A stretch of DNA of 63,956 bases, filler included, from Saprolegnia diclina VS20 (GCF_000281045.1; 10 parts of 3 records of this genome joined end to end with filler, not necessarily neighbours in it); one strand, 5' to 3'; counted from the whole stretch's first letter, positions 1-12,563 are shown. Notes: generated from the letters alone by a model not told the origin. A program made the numbers and translations.

Positions 1-754
1 TCTATGACTAGGACGCTCAAGAAGGGCGTGTACTCGACCGTCTTTTTGGGGGAACCGGCGTTCGAGAAGCTCCCCAAGGGTCTCGCCGCCGGCGACACGC
101 TGGCAGGTTCGATCACGTACGGCCAAAAGCACAACCACTTCAAGGGGTATCGTCCATCGTTTCGATTGTACAATGATTGTTGACATGAGTCTAGTGTCTC
201 GCAAAAGCCCGATGGCTTTTCGCTGACGTACACGGTGCCGTCGGCGCCGACGCCGGTCAAGGAGCCCGAGGCGGTGGTGCCCGAGGTAGTACTCTACACG
301 CAAATCGCATCTGATGGAGCAATAGGACGTGCGCTCGGAAGACGAGCTCGCGAACGACGCCGTGCGCGACCTTCTTGTCGCGCGCGTTGTCAAGCTCCAG
401 GGCAAAGACGCGTTTCTTGACCGCTGGACCGTGCTCAACGAGACGTACCCGACACACCTGCCCCTGCTCCAGGTACTAGCGCCACCGACCTCTCGACGTG
501 CTACAACAAGTTTGCAACAGGCGCGGCTCCATCACTACAAGCACGACGCGCACGCCGAGGTTGTCGAGGCGGCCGACGCTGTGCTCGCAGCGATTGACGC
601 CGATGCGCTGGCGGCCCACTACGGGCTCAAGCTGCTTCCGAACGACGCGGCGGCCGCCAAGGTGCGCAAGACCAAGGACGCTGAGAAGGCGGCGCTCGTG
701 GATGCGCTGAGCCGCAAGGCGCGGGCGCTCGGGGCCGCGGGCGACGACTTCCAG
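1..754 (+). pseudogene. TPP2: Truncated second copy of the 3' part of tripeptidyl-peptidase II
   Basis: Near-identical, introns included, to the reverse complement of 45200-45959 with one 6-bp indel. Similarity ends abruptly after TTCCAG at 754 and the frame stops at 799. Confidence 0.8.
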
Positions 755-864
755 ACCGATACATTTTCACACGGTTTTCCACGATTTCACACCATTTAAC
801 ATCTCTTTCACACCATTTCCGCACACCGATTTCGAAACCGCGGCAAGCTCCAGCCAGCATCAGC

Positions 865-1726
865 ATGACCGAGGCCAAGCGCGCGCGGGCGGCGACGCCG
901 CCATGGCAGCTGTCGCCGATCGTCCATGAGGTCATCACGTCCATGGATGCGCCCATGGACGTCCTCTGCTTCCTCCGTGCCCGACGACGCCCTCAAAGGA
1001 CCCAAGACGCTCCTCGACAACCCGCGCTACTGGGACGGACTCTGGCCGATCGCCGGTGTGGAAGCCTTGCACCGCATGGACGCTGCGACGGTGACGAAGG
1101 CGCTCCGCATGGTCAAGGTAGTCGATGGCGATGAGGAGCGTGGCGTCGACTTGGCCCGATTCACATGAACGACGTTTCGCTTCTTTCCTTGCGTAGGGAC
1201 TTGCTTCCGTCGACGTTTGCAAAAAGCATGTGGCGTTCTTCTCGGTCGCGCCGCGCACGAACATGACCTTCGCCGTTGCCAATGAGTCAAAGTCGTTGAC
1301 ATGGAGCTTGCGCTCGGGCGCCTTCTCAGATGAGCCGAACGCTCCCGGCGACAGTCGAGCATCGCTCCGTTCACGCTCGACGAACAGCGGCGCATGGTGT
1401 CTTGGTCGGCCGTCGGCTCGACATTTGCTGTCGCTTGCGCAGTCGGTGCAGTCGCGCAGTGGTGGAGAAGAACAAACACAGCTTGGTGCAGTGGAGATGT
1501 CAGATGTTGCAGAGCTTGGCGCTGCCCGTTTTGCACTCAGACAAGTGCGCGGAAGCGTCGGAGCGTTCGGGTCTCGGACGTTCCTCGGCCGCGACGCACG
1601 GAAGCGCGTCGCTACCATGCTACTGCGCCTGAGCTGCCAGAGACAAGCACTATGAGTAAGCTACCGGGCGGCGAGGGAGCGATTGTGCCCATCGCCGGTG
1701 ACGCAAAGGACCATCACGTAGCGTAG
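865..1726 (+). pseudogene. Frameshifted hypothetical gene, probably from an expanded oomycete family
   Basis: MTEAKRARAATPPWQLSPIVHEVI...DVLCFLRA continues in another frame as VPDDAL...WDGLWP..., then stops at 1168. The 3' limit is uncertain. Confidence 0.45.
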
Positions 1727-2038
1727 CGTCTTCAACTTCTCATCGCCGTGGATAGGGTCATTCGCGTCGACTCGATAGTTCCGCAACACGCCGTATTACA
1801 AGGAGCGCGTGCACAGAGGGCTGCGCATGGTCGTCTATGTTGATGCTCGGTATCTCGACGTGTTGAGAGCAGCGGTGGCCTTTTGCTTCTGTCGCCCTAG
1901 TACATGTCGACGATCGACCGCTTCGATTCCGACGCCACGCGCAGAAATAGCAGGCTCTGATGACAATGCACGCGATTCCATGAAGAATTAACTACACGAA
2001 AGCGATCCTCCTACTGAAATGCAATGGTAGCTGGCGTG

Positions 2039-2644
2039 CTACGCGTCGGCGACCTTGGTCTCGGCAGCCGACGCGTCTTCGGGCGTTTCGCGGCTTGTCG
2101 ATGGCGCAATGCTGGCAGTAGTGACAGGCGTCGTGCGGTGTTCCTTGGGCTCCGAGACGTGCTCGCCGTCCTCCCGAACATATTCGACGAGACCTTGGTA
2201 CTCGCCGTAGGTGTCGGTCGCGGCCAAGCGGCTGCGCAACGCTGTGGCGAGCTCTCGTTCGCAGCGTTCGACTTCTTCCGGCATCGCCATCGCGCACTTG
2301 AGCGCTTCAAAGCCCATCTCGATGGCTGCGATGACCGAAGGATGCAGCGGGAATGGCGCGAGTCCACCGACCGTCGTGGCTTCCGCGGCCATGATGACGC
2401 CGGCCTTGGCGAACTTGATGCCGATGGCGCAGCGCTGGGCGATCAATGCAATGAAGCGCGCATACGCATCGTTGGGCTCGACCCACAGCGGGTCCTCCTC
2501 GACCATCGGCGCCCCCGAGCGCTCGTTGATGAAGTAAAGATAGCCGCCGATCTCTCCACGCTTGAACGCGTCTGAGGAATACGTGGTCGGGTCGACCTCG
2601 TCCGTCGAGGTCACCGCGTCGAGCTTGTGCTCTGTCAAGAGCAT
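2039..2644 (-). CDS. Hypothetical protein (201 aa)
   Basis: ORF with GC3-rich coding-like codon use; no recognisable domain. Confidence 0.55.
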   Translation of the reverse strand: MLLTEHKLDAVTSTDEVDPTTYSSDAFKRGEIGGYLYFINERSGAPMVEEDPLWVEPNDAYARFIALIAQRCAIGIKFAKAGVIMAAEATTVGGLAPFPLHPSVIAAIEMGFEALKCAMAMPEEVERCERELATALRSRLAATDTYGEYQGLVEYVREDGEHVSEPKEHRTTPVTTASIAPSTSRETPEDASAAETKVADA

Positions 2645-2708
2645 CGCCGTCGGATACGAGTAGCGCGCCTACAGGCGGTGCATAAGCCATTGAGATCGTA
2701 TACGAGGA

Positions 2709-3284
2709 TTACACACGCACCGTAAAGATCGCTGTCTTCGGCACCATCGCCATGACGTAGTTCACGAGCACGTCAAACCACGCCGAGAAATCTGCACAGG
2801 ACCACGCCATGAGTGCGAACATGTCTTGGATCGCGGGAATGTCCTGGGGGCCTTCGATGCCCTCATTGACCAGGTCCTCCACAGCGGTTATGCTCGGCTC
2901 GATCAAAATATGCCAGCTCACGAGCTTCTGTCGCCACGCGCGCAGCTTCTCCATCGTGGCCGGCCCGTCGCTTTGCATCGGCAGTACAGCCGCCGCGTTC
3001 TCGGTGTGACCTCGGTGCATCGTCGACTCGTCGCTCGCTGTCGACTCCGAGAGCTTCGGGCAGAAGACCAGCTTCTCCATATCGGTAATCATCAGGTCGA
3101 ACTGATGAAGCCAGCGCACGAGCTGCTGTCGCCACGCGCGCATCTTCTCCATCGTGGTCAGCCAGTCGATTTGCATCGGCGGGACAGCCGCCGCGTTCTC
3201 GGCGTGACCTCGGTGCATCGTCGACTCGTCACTCGGCGTCGACTCCGAGAGCTTCGGGCGCTTGGCGCAGTGGTCAGTGGTCAT
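2709..3284 (-). CDS. Hypothetical protein with a 66-aa internal tandem duplication
   Basis: PKLSEST.SDESTMHRGH.ENAAAV.PMQ...MEK.RAWRQ.LV.W occurs twice with a 198-bp period (GACTCCGAGAGCTTCGGG at 3043 and 3241). Confidence 0.6.
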   Translation of the reverse strand: MTTDHCAKRPKLSESTPSDESTMHRGHAENAAAVPPMQIDWLTTMEKMRAWRQQLVRWLHQFDLMITDMEKLVFCPKLSESTASDESTMHRGHTENAAAVLPMQSDGPATMEKLRAWRQKLVSWHILIEPSITAVEDLVNEGIEGPQDIPAIQDMFALMAWSCADFSAWFDVLVNYVMAMVPKTAIFTVRV

Positions 3285-3842
3285 GGAGGTTCTCGAAGAC
3301 GGCGTTTGTGAAAGTGACTGGACCGACGATGCGCAAGTCGAGTGGCCCACTTCAACGGCGATTAGGGTTAGCGAAATAATATAGAACCCTTCGACTCGAG
3401 TATCTACTCTTTTTAATCGCGTCGCGGGCGACAGGACAGGCGTTTCAGTACCACGTCATTTTATTTTGCGCTGGAATGTCATTTTATGTGATAGGAAAAT
3501 ACAAATGCGCCACCATCCCCACCGAGGGACCATACAAAACCCAAGTAAACAACGCAGCGGCAAGATGCGCACGCCACCAGCTAGCTACTTTTCCTCGCAG
3601 ACGTGCGATGTGGTGTCACCGCTACGATGACGATCGTCGTCGTCATCACTGATGACGACGCCCGAGTCCGAGAAGGCCAGTGACATGACAACGCTTTCGA
3701 CGACGCCGGCGACTACTAGAGACAGAGCTCAGAGACACTGAGCGGAAGAGGGTGTTGGATTGATCGATGGCCAAACGATCCAAACCATGGATCCAAACNN
3801 NNNNNNNNNNNNNNNNNNNNNNNNNNNNNNNNNNNNNNNNNN

Positions 3843-3854
3843 TTAATTAATTAA
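3843..3854. other. Artificial assembly pad TTAATTAATTAA in Ns; also at 10962, 30961, 39879, 53733, 55110, 59994, 61171 and 62869
   Basis: Identical 12-mer with stops in all six frames, centred in a ~100-bp N block nine times. Confidence 0.97.
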
Positions 3855-4542
3855 NNNNNNNNNNNNNNNNNNNNNNNNNNNNNNNNNNNNNNNNNNNNTT
3901 GAGGACGCTGCGGCACTCGGCGTCGTCCTTGATTAGGACAATAAAGCCATTTATTGATTTACCATATTTTCTTCTCATGTGCCCATGTCAACTAAAGCGG
4001 TCCCAAGCCGATTCGACACCGATGCTTATATAGAACGACGGCAACGGGCTTCTGCCGTCCCCCGCTACTAGTACGACACCGATGTTCGACTCCAACGACA
4101 TCTTCCTCTTCTATGAGGGCTGATCCGGATTATATTATTGCATTTGTGTCCCGTTCTTTCGCTTCACTACTGACTTTCGACAGCCGTTGCTACAAAGACA
4201 ACCCAAAGCAACAATCGTCCATCACACCGTCACTGCATGAGTTCACGGTCATTAGCGCTGAGCATCAACGACGGCAACCACGAGCTCGCCGATGCGTCAT
4301 TACATCAAAGGTACGGCTGCCTTCCTGTTCATAAAAGAGAGTAGAATTGTGTCAAGCTGCACACTAGCGTTGGGCTTTCGAGCGCATCGGCACACTTGAC
4401 CGGCGCGATATGCCCCACAAAATGCACAAGCCAGTGGTTTCGATATTATTTTCCGGATGTATCTACGGATAATAGAGGCGAGCGACAATCCAGCGGCACG
4501 ACCATCATTCCAGTCGGGTCATCACCGAAATGGCAATTCCAA

Positions 4543-6619
4543 ATGGCTTCGCTCGCGCTCCGGTCGTTTGACCTGGTTACGGCTATTGTGTCGTACCAAG
4601 AAGGACTACCACAAGACTTGGCGGTCGTCCAGCGCCTCGCCGACGCCGTCCAGCTCACGCCAGGTTCGGAGTACCGGTACATTTGCGAAGACCAAACGGG
4701 GTACCTCGCCCACATCCCAGCCCGGTTTGCATCATCGCCGTACCTCCAGCGGTATCCACACCGAACAACCAAGCTTCCTCATAACTCACTCTTTGTTTCG
4801 CCGCGCTTCTACGACCGCGCCCTTGCGCTTCATCTCTCGGTTGTCGAAGGCAACGTGGCGCTCGTCCAGCAATGGCTGCGATGGGATGCCTCACTGTGTA
4901 CGTCGGCGACGCTGGAGCTTGCTGCTGCTGCGTCTCAAGGTCCGATTCTGCATCATCTCTTCGAGCAGTTTCCAGCGCTGGCCACACCCAAGATGATGGA
5001 CCTCGTCGCCATGTCGGGCAACCTCGAGCTTTTGATGTGGCTTCATGAAGCGGGTGCTGTATGCTCCACCGCGGCAATGGACGGCGCGGCCATGAATGGT
5101 CACTACGACAGTGTCGTCTTTCTACACTCTGCAAGGACCGAGGGCTGCACGATGGCGGCGGCAACGGCAGCAACCGTCAATGGCCACGCGTCGATCGCTC
5201 GCTTTCTTCTCGAGCAGCGCACCGAAGGCGTTGACCCGACGCTTCAGTTTATACAGCCGCATCGCGAGCACGTGACGCACAGTGTACGCGGCGAGACGCA
5301 ACTCGAAGCCGTCGACCTCGTTGCAGCCAGAGTCCAGTTGTCTGACGCGGGGCTCACCGTCATCGTGGAAAAGGGTGGTCTAGCTACACTACAGTACATC
5401 TACGCGCGGGGGTACCTCAAACGAATGACCAAGCAAGTGCTGGAGCTGGCGGTGGCCAAGCAAGACCACGCGATACTGCGCTATATCCTCGGCTGCGTCG
5501 ACCGAGAGAACCCGCGACCGCCCAGCGACGATGAGTGGCTGCCAACGGACACACCAGACACGACCTTTTCGTTCGATCCACTTGACCCGAGTCCATTTGA
5601 CCGATGGGAGGGCTGCAAAGTGATGGAGCTTGCAGCCTTCAACGGCGACCTGACGTCGCTGGAGCTCTTGCACAAGAGCCGCCTGCGCGTCGGTTCGGAG
5701 CGCGCCATCGCCTTTGCCGCCTACCGCAACCACCTGCACGTACTCGACTGGCTGCTCAAGAACCGACGTGACGGGTGTGGCGAAGACGCGATGGCTCTTG
5801 CTGCTGCTGCCGGCCATTTTGACGTTGTGCGCTGGCTCCACGAGGTCTACGGTCTATGGCGCACCCACGCCGCCTTGGCATCGGCAGCGTACATTGGCCA
5901 CATGGCGATGGCGACGTACCTCTTGAACGTACCGACAGGCGGCGTCGACAATCAGAGTGACCCAGCCGACGCGGCCTCAATCTGCCAATTCACGTTTGCC
6001 ATGCACTATCGTTGCAACTCGTCTGTCGACTACGCCCGGGGGTCGGCAATGCACTGGGCAGCGAGCCAAGGCCACTCTGCGATGCTTGAGCTGCTCACCG
6101 CTCGCGGCTACGAGGTGCCACCGACAGCACTCGGGGCTGCTGCGGCGAACGGTCATGCTCAGATCGTGCGGCACCTCCACGAGCGACACGGCGGCATTTG
6201 CGACTTCAATTCTGTCTGGAACGCTGTTCGGAAGGGCCAAGTCGATACGGTTGCGTACGTGCTATCGCAGCGCTGTTGGGAACGTCAGCAAGACTTTGGC
6301 CCACACCAAGACATTGAGACTGCGATGTACATGCTGCTCGTGGCCACCGCACGCAGTGGAAGCCTCGACATCTTGGCGCTTGTCTGCGATTCTTTCCAAC
6401 TACCAACGGGGCTACCAGCTCGCATCTCGGAGCGCATGATGGTCCGCGCTGCGTCCAACGGCCACCTCGACATGCTCCAACATTTGCACGACGCCTATGG
6501 CTTTGGATGGACGCCAATGGTCCAAGAAGCAGCGAGACGTCACGGGCAGAAGAAGGTATCGCGCTACTTGAGCTCACTTGGACCCGCGGACGCGTCCGTT
6601 TACGAAGGCCGCACGAGTT
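4543..6619 (+). CDS. Ankyrin-repeat protein of an expanded oomycete family; 3' end runs into a gap
   Basis: Repeated AMD.AA.NGH..VV.FLH / AAA.GHFDVVRWLHE motifs; paralogous to 34327-36795 and 39364-39834. Confidence 0.85.
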
Positions 6620-6967
6620 NNNNNNNNNNNNNNNNNNNNNNNNNNNNNNNNNNNNNNNNNNNNNNNNNNNNNNNNNNNNNNNNNNNNNNNNNNNNNNNNN
6701 NNNNNNNNNNNNNNNNNNNNNNNNNNNNNNNNNNNNNNNNNNNNNNNNNNNNNNNNNNNNNNNNNNNNNNNNNNNNNNNNNNNNNNNNNNNNNNNNNNNN
6801 NNNNNNNNNNNNNNNNNNNNNNNNNNNNNNNNNNNNNNNNNNNNNNNNNNNNNNNNNNNNNNNNNNNNNNNNNNNNNNNNNNNNNNNNNNNNNNNNNNNN
6901 NNNNNNNNNNNNNNNNNNNNNNNNNNNNNNNNNNNNNNNNNNNNCATTTGAACTTTTGATTTGGGCC

Positions 6968-8242
6968 ATGTCGATGCTAGCCAACGTCGCGTCGCTTGTG
7001 TGGCTGGTGGTCCATGGCCTCGTGGCGCCGCTGCTTGTGCTCTGTTGCCCGCGCGACCCGAACCAGCCGTTCTTGGACGCGCTCGTGGCGCGCGTGCTTC
7101 GGTCGCAAACAGCGCTCTCCCATGGCTGCGTCCGCTTTAACTTTAACGTCTACGGCCGTCTCCAGCGCCTCGTCTTTCGGTAATATCCTCGATTCGTTCT
7201 GTATTGGGCAACACTAAGTGTCATAGGCCGACGTCCGTCGTCGATACCCCAAACGTCAAAGGTATGTCCGCGCATCTCCTTTCTGGAGGATGCCATCCAA
7301 TACCTTAGGCTTGTGGTACGATGGCTGCCCGAGCAAGAGAAACTGGAATCATAACATTACGATCCTCTACATCCACGGCGGCGGGTCGGTCGCCGCCACT
7401 ACAACCCAATGACAACTTGTCCGCATTGCTAGATTTGTCGTCGGGTCCGCGACGACGCAGAGCTGCGACATCATCCAGCCGCTCCTCCAAGCGCTACGTG
7501 CCATAGACATTGGCGCGCGGGTCTTTAGCCTCGAGTACGACCTCGCACCCGAGTTCAAGTACCCGCACCAGCTCGAGCAAACCGTTGCGGTAGACCATTT
7601 TGCACTTGCTTATCAACACATGGAACCGGGGTAGGCGTACGAGTGGCTGCGCGCCGCGACGAGCGGCCCAATCCTTGTCGTCGGTGACTCGGCGGGCGGG
7701 AATCTCGCGGCGCTACTGCTCCAGCACATTGTTCGTTGCAACTTGCCTCGCCCGGTGGGAGCCATCTTGCTCTCGCCGTGGGTGGACGTCGCCGGCACGG
7801 CGCCTTCGTACACGCGCAACGCTGCCACCGACGTCTTTCGCCCGTAGCTCGATCGATTCCACTGCTGTTTGCTGAGGCGACAACAATAGGTCGACGATCA
7901 CAAGCTGGCGCGACTTGTACGCCGCGCCCGAAGACCTGACGCGCGCGTCACCTCTCTTTCATTCACTGGACAACCTCCCGCCCCTTATGGTATGTATTTG
8001 CATCGCCTGTTCAACTCGTTGCAGACATAATTGTTGGACAGGTTGTCTATGGTGGCTATGAACTCATGGAAGATGACATTCGCGCGTTTGTGGCCAAAGC
8101 CAAAACCGCCAACGTCGACGTGGCCGAACTCTGCCACCCGCACAAGCTGCACAACTACCCCGCGATGCTCCGGTACACGGCGGCAGCGGCCGATGCGTAC
8201 GCTGCGATGGCGCTCTTTGTCGCTCGCCATTTTCAAAAGTAA
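6968..8242 (+). CDS. Alpha/beta hydrolase, HSL/abhydrolase_3 esterase (multi-exon)
   Basis: Spliced ILYIHGGGFVVGS, LEYDLAPEFKYP, nucleophile elbow VGDSAGGNLA, LLSPWVD; hydrophobic N-terminus; TAA at 8240-8242. Confidence 0.88.
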
Positions 8243-8300
8243 GCGCAAGTCGACGGTTGCACGTGTTGATGTATTGCAGTGGTCGCAACTACGATCGGAT

Positions 8301-9463
8301 TTATCTCTCCTTGTCGACCACACTGTCGTCGAGGGCCACGCACGTGACGGCCTTGTGATGGCCGTTGTAGTGCCGCATGGTCTCGCCCGAGCTGAGGTCC
8401 CAGAGCCGGGCCGTTTGATCCGACGACGCTAGGAGCATGCCACGTCATATCATTTCAAAGTGCAACGAAATCAGATCTACCCGTGACGAGGTACGACGAG
8501 ACGGCCGAGAAGGAGCAGTCCCACACCCAGCGCTGATGGCCCTGCAACGTGTGCACGAGCGACATGTCCATCATGTTCCAGACCTTGACTGTCTTGTCGG
8601 CCGAGCACGTAGCAAGGAACCGGACGTTGGGGCAGATGCGCGCCTTCAAAATGTACTCGTTGTGGGCGTGGAACGTCTCGCGGAGCTCATAGTTGTCCCT
8701 AACTCATCGATACCGCTGAGCAAATTCATAAAGAAATGAACGCACGAAGCGCGGGGCGTGTAGACAAAGACGCTGCCCTTGTTGTTGGCGGCCACGAGCG
8801 TGCGCCCGTCGCGGGCCAGGTCCACGCTGCGCACGGCGTGGTCGCCGTCCGGCATAAACTTGGACGAGCACGTGTTGGTCGTGAGATCCCAGACGCGCAC
8901 GCAGCCGTTCTGGTCGCCGCACACAAGTTCGGCCTACACGTCCGTGTGGCCCATGTGCCTGTAGCATTCGTGAGTCGTACCTGGTTGGGATGCAGCGCGA
9001 CCGAGTTAATGGGCGCGGGGCACTCGTAGTTGCGCTGGCAGCCTGGCGCGCTAGAAAGAGATGCATATCAGCGAGTGCATGCAGCGCTAGGATGAAGTAC
9101 CGCAGGTCCCAGATCTTGATCGTGCCATCCTCCGAGCCGCTGAACATCCACTTGCCGTGCTTTTGGAAGCCAATGGCTGTGACGTTGCCGCTGTGGCCAT
9201 CGTAGCTCGTCGCGGGATTCGGGTTGTTGCTATTGATCTCAAAGAGGCGAATGTGCGTGTTGCCGGCAGCCGCAATGTACTTCTTGTCGGGCGTGATCTG
9301 GAGGCAGTTGACTTGCTATAGCAGGCATGAGCACGCGCGCGCGAGAGGAATGGACACGCACCGAGTCGGGGTACTTGACCGTGCGGTTGCATGTTCCGGA
9401 GGCTGCGTCCCAGAAGCGGATCGTGTGGTCATAGCCTGCGCTCGCCAGCACGACGCCGCTCAT
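8301..9463 (-). CDS. LST8: TOR complex subunit LST8 (WD40), multi-exon
   Basis: [90 protein letters not shown]. Confidence 0.95.
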
Positions 9464-9830
9464 GTTGCTGCTGTCCCGGCCGAAAAATACAGCCGGTCAT
9501 AGTCGAGACACCGACTAAACCTCTTTGTCCCATCCGGATAACCAGATACCGATGCACCGTGCACATTTATATACTATCGTTGTCGGCATATTGGGCAAAA
9601 TGGGTAGTTCATTGGGACAAGCCATCTAGTCGCTTGTTTCGACTGGGCAGGACGGCTATCGTCCGGATATCGTATCCGGCACGAAGGATATTCCACCCAA
9701 CCTTGCGATCCCCATATTGCCATCGGCGACGCTGGCCATGGACGCAGCGTCCCGGCGCATGCTGCCGTCGACCCATGGAGGAGGACGTATGTACTACGTG
9801 GGTGGTATTAGGATAGCAGGCAAACAAAAG

Positions 9831-10340
9831 CTACGTAAAGGTCTTCTTGGTCATGATCGAGTAGAACTCTTCGGCGTTGATCTCGCCGTCTTGGTCGCTA
9901 TCGGCGCGCTCGATCATCTCGAGGAGCTCGGCGTCCGACATGGTCTCGCCAAGCTCCTTGGCGACGCGCTTGAGGTTCCGGAGCGAGATCTTGCCCGTCT
10001 GGTCGTCGTCAAAGAGGTTGAAGACCTTCTGGATGTCGTCGCGCGAGTCCTTGTCGCTCATCTTGGCCGTCATCATGTCCAGGAACTCTTCAAAGTCGAT
10101 CGAGCCGCTCCCATCCTTGTCGATGTCGCCGATCATCTGGTAGATGGTCTGGTTCTTCGCCTCAAAGCCCAGCGACTGCATGGCGGCCTTGAGCTCCTTC
10201 GGGTCGATCGTACCGGAGCCGTCCGTGTCGAAGAGGTTGAAGGCCTCGCGGATCTCCTCGATCTCCTCCTCGCTCAGGCCCGGCCGCTCGTACGTCTTGG
10301 ACCCGCGCTTCGGGCCTTGGTTCACGCGCCGAGCTGCCAT
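9831..10340 (-). CDS. CETN: Centrin/caltractin (four EF-hands, 169 aa, intronless)
   Basis: [55 protein letters not shown]-terminal IMTKKTFT. Confidence 0.96.
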   Translation of the reverse strand: MAARRVNQGPKRGSKTYERPGLSEEEIEEIREAFNLFDTDGSGTIDPKELKAAMQSLGFEAKNQTIYQMIGDIDKDGSGSIDFEEFLDMMTAKMSDKDSRDDIQKVFNLFDDDQTGKISLRNLKRVAKELGETMSDAELLEMIERADSDQDGEINAEEFYSIMTKKTFT

Positions 10341-10462
10341 TTCCGGTCGGTCGAAATCGAAATATTGCAATATATTCCAGCGACGCGTCGCCGCCCCCAA
10401 CCTTGTTGTTTGTATACCATACAAACATGCAATCACAACCTGCGATCATGAAGCGTCGGTTT

Positions 10463-10472
10463 TATCCGGATA
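10463..10472. promoter_or_regulatory. Palindrome TATCCGGATA upstream of centrin
   Basis: Perfect copies at 10463, 29491 and 34468; partial copies at 4123, 4452, 9532, 9662, 49258 and 52782. Confidence 0.55.
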
Positions 10473-11017
10473 CAAACGCGAGTGCGTGGCAACCTGACGA
10501 GCTTTGCAAAGGAACAAACGAGAGGAGACGATAAAACGTCGGCGACGGAACGCCCAAGGACGCCATGATACAACCGCGCGTAGTTGCAAGTTGGGAAGAG
10601 CGTCGGGCGGCAGTGCGTCCAGCACTGTGGTGCCATTGATGCTGGCGAACTCGGTTCTGTGCGCCAGAAGCTGTCGCTTCACGCGATTCCAAATCGAGGC
10701 TCGACTGGTTCGTATTCGAGATATGGGACCGATCTTCTTGAACGCAGAGTAAACACCGTGCATTTTCAACTCGGGCGAGCAGGCAGCTGGGCAACACGGC
10801 AACAACACAGCCTACAGAAACGGTACCATCACGGAAATCGGACACTGTCATCAATGCAGGATCCATACTCTGAGCATAGGTTGTGTTGGTATCATCCTGG
10901 GCGAGCCACGTATATATNNNNNNNNNNNNNNNNNNNNNNNNNNNNNNNNNNNNNNNNNNNNTTAATTAATTAANNNNNNNNNNNNNNNNNNNNNNNNNNN
11001 NNNNNNNNNNNNNNNNN

Positions 11018-11324
11018 TTTGCTTTTGGTGAAGTGACTTGGCGTCCGTCGCAAGCGCAAACTGGTTGGTCGAGCTACGTCGATGGAGTGCGTTGGCAACG
11101 TCACTTGGTATACCACTTCTGGTCGACGATGGGGCACTGCTAGCGTGCTGCGCAGTCGACTACGTTCAAGTGGGTCGGCATACACCACACTCGTCGGTAA
11201 AAGTACCTGGAGGTGCTGCATGGCTTCTTCGACGTGACGCGGCGGCACGAGCTTGCGGTACGCCATCGAGCTCGCGACCTCGGCGTCTGTGGGGGGTTTG
11301 AGCGCCGAGAGCGGCGCCTCAGCA
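11018..11324 (-). pseudogene. Partial duplicate of the 3' end of the WW-ankyrin gene
   Basis: Reverse complement of 24216-24522 with scattered SNPs, intron retained; unrelated sequence upstream of 11324. Confidence 0.8.
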
Positions 11325-11690
11325 ATTTCCTCATTCGATAATATTCGCGGCATCTGCCACGTGATCTTTGGTGGATCGAAGGTGGGAATCTTCTGTGGGA
11401 ATGTTAGATGAATCGGAGGATTCTTTGCGGACTTTGACACTCAGCTAACAACGTGTGGTGCAGGGACAACTCAGCTCAAATATCCATGCTCCAGATGTGC
11501 TGAAATGCGCGACTAGCTTTAAAGCTGTGCCATTCCATGGACAAACATAGTCCATTTCCGAATCTTCGTTCTCGTTCTCAACTGACGCCTGTCAAAGAAA
11601 TCCCGCGTGTAGTTTGACAGGACGCTACCAGGCTCGTCAGTTGTAGCAACTGGCTTCAGCCACGACATATCAAAACAATAGACCGTGGTC

Positions 11691-12026
11691 ATGCGTCTCG
11701 CATTGCTCAAGGCGGTGCACAGCGCGACGCTCGACCGATTGATAGCGACACGGACGGAGCTGTGTCAGCTGCAGCGCGAGATTGCTCTTTGCAAGGCGCC
11801 GCCGCAAGTGCCCCAATACATATATGGCTCAAGTCATGAAGCCAGATCCCCGCACGAAGCGTACGCCGCCTTCCAAGAACGCACGGAAGCAAGTGCGCGC
11901 TTCGCGGCCATGCAAACCCTCGTGGCTCAGCTACAGCAAAACCAAGCCGCACTTCAGCAAGACCACGACGATTTGAAGTTGAAAGTCCACCGTGTCTTGG
12001 CAGCGCTTGATCCACCGATCGCGTAG
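11691..12026 (+). CDS. Small coiled-coil hypothetical protein or gene fragment
   Basis: ORF with heptad-like LVAQLQQNQAALQQDHDDLKLKV. Confidence 0.4.
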   Translation: MRLALLKAVHSATLDRLIATRTELCQLQREIALCKAPPQVPQYIYGSSHEARSPHEAYAAFQERTEASARFAAMQTLVAQLQQNQAALQQDHDDLKLKVHRVLAALDPPIA

Positions 12027-12474
12027 TTGGTACATGTTTTTTCCGGTATTTCTGCCTCTTTTCCGCTACTTCATTGTTGTTGAAGTGAGTCTATTTAGAT
12101 CAATTTCCGCTACTTCATTGTATTTCAATCTCTCATACGTGCAACCAACGCGCTCGCTCACTGGTATATCTCGGCAAAATCTGCCGCTTTTGGTCGAAAA
12201 ACTGAAAAACCATCGCCATTTGTGTGTACGGAGTGTTCGACGCCAACCAACTGATTTCCGCGCCAGCAGAAGTCGTCGTTCTTGCGGCAAAGTCCTCCGC
12301 CTTGGCAGACTGCAACGACCGGAGTAGCAGAGATCAAAGGACTAGAGATACTTTGGGCATCAGCGCGCGAATTCTTCTCGGAGCGTGAGGCGATCCGGTA
12401 CCGTATTTCTTCACGGAAACGTATCTTTGGACCGCAGCACGTCCTCAATGTGCTCGTCATTGATGATTTTTCAA

Positions 12475-12504
12475 CCAATCAAATCAGCGCTTGTAGCTGA
12501 TTGG
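12475..12504. promoter_or_regulatory. Inverted CCAAT pair (CCAATC-N18-GATTGG)
   Basis: Same boxes and 18-bp spacing at 16024-16053 upstream of the paralogue, although the spacer sequence differs. Confidence 0.6.
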
Positions 12505-12563
12505 GCAAAACTCACGCGATTCGATCGCGGGAAGAGGCAGTCTCGGAACGTGTTACTCGCAGA

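Noticed and set aside
3626..3660. 11-bp perfect palindrome CGTCGTCATCA-C-TGATGACGACG
   Set aside because: Built from GAC/GTC trinucleotide low complexity; single occurrence.
10341..10436. N-terminal extension of centrin in the ORF track (likewise 4396, 12501, 15909, 43145, 49290, 52994 starts)
   Set aside because: These use upstream or non-ATG starts that run through promoter-like sequence; downstream ATGs fit the family N-termini.
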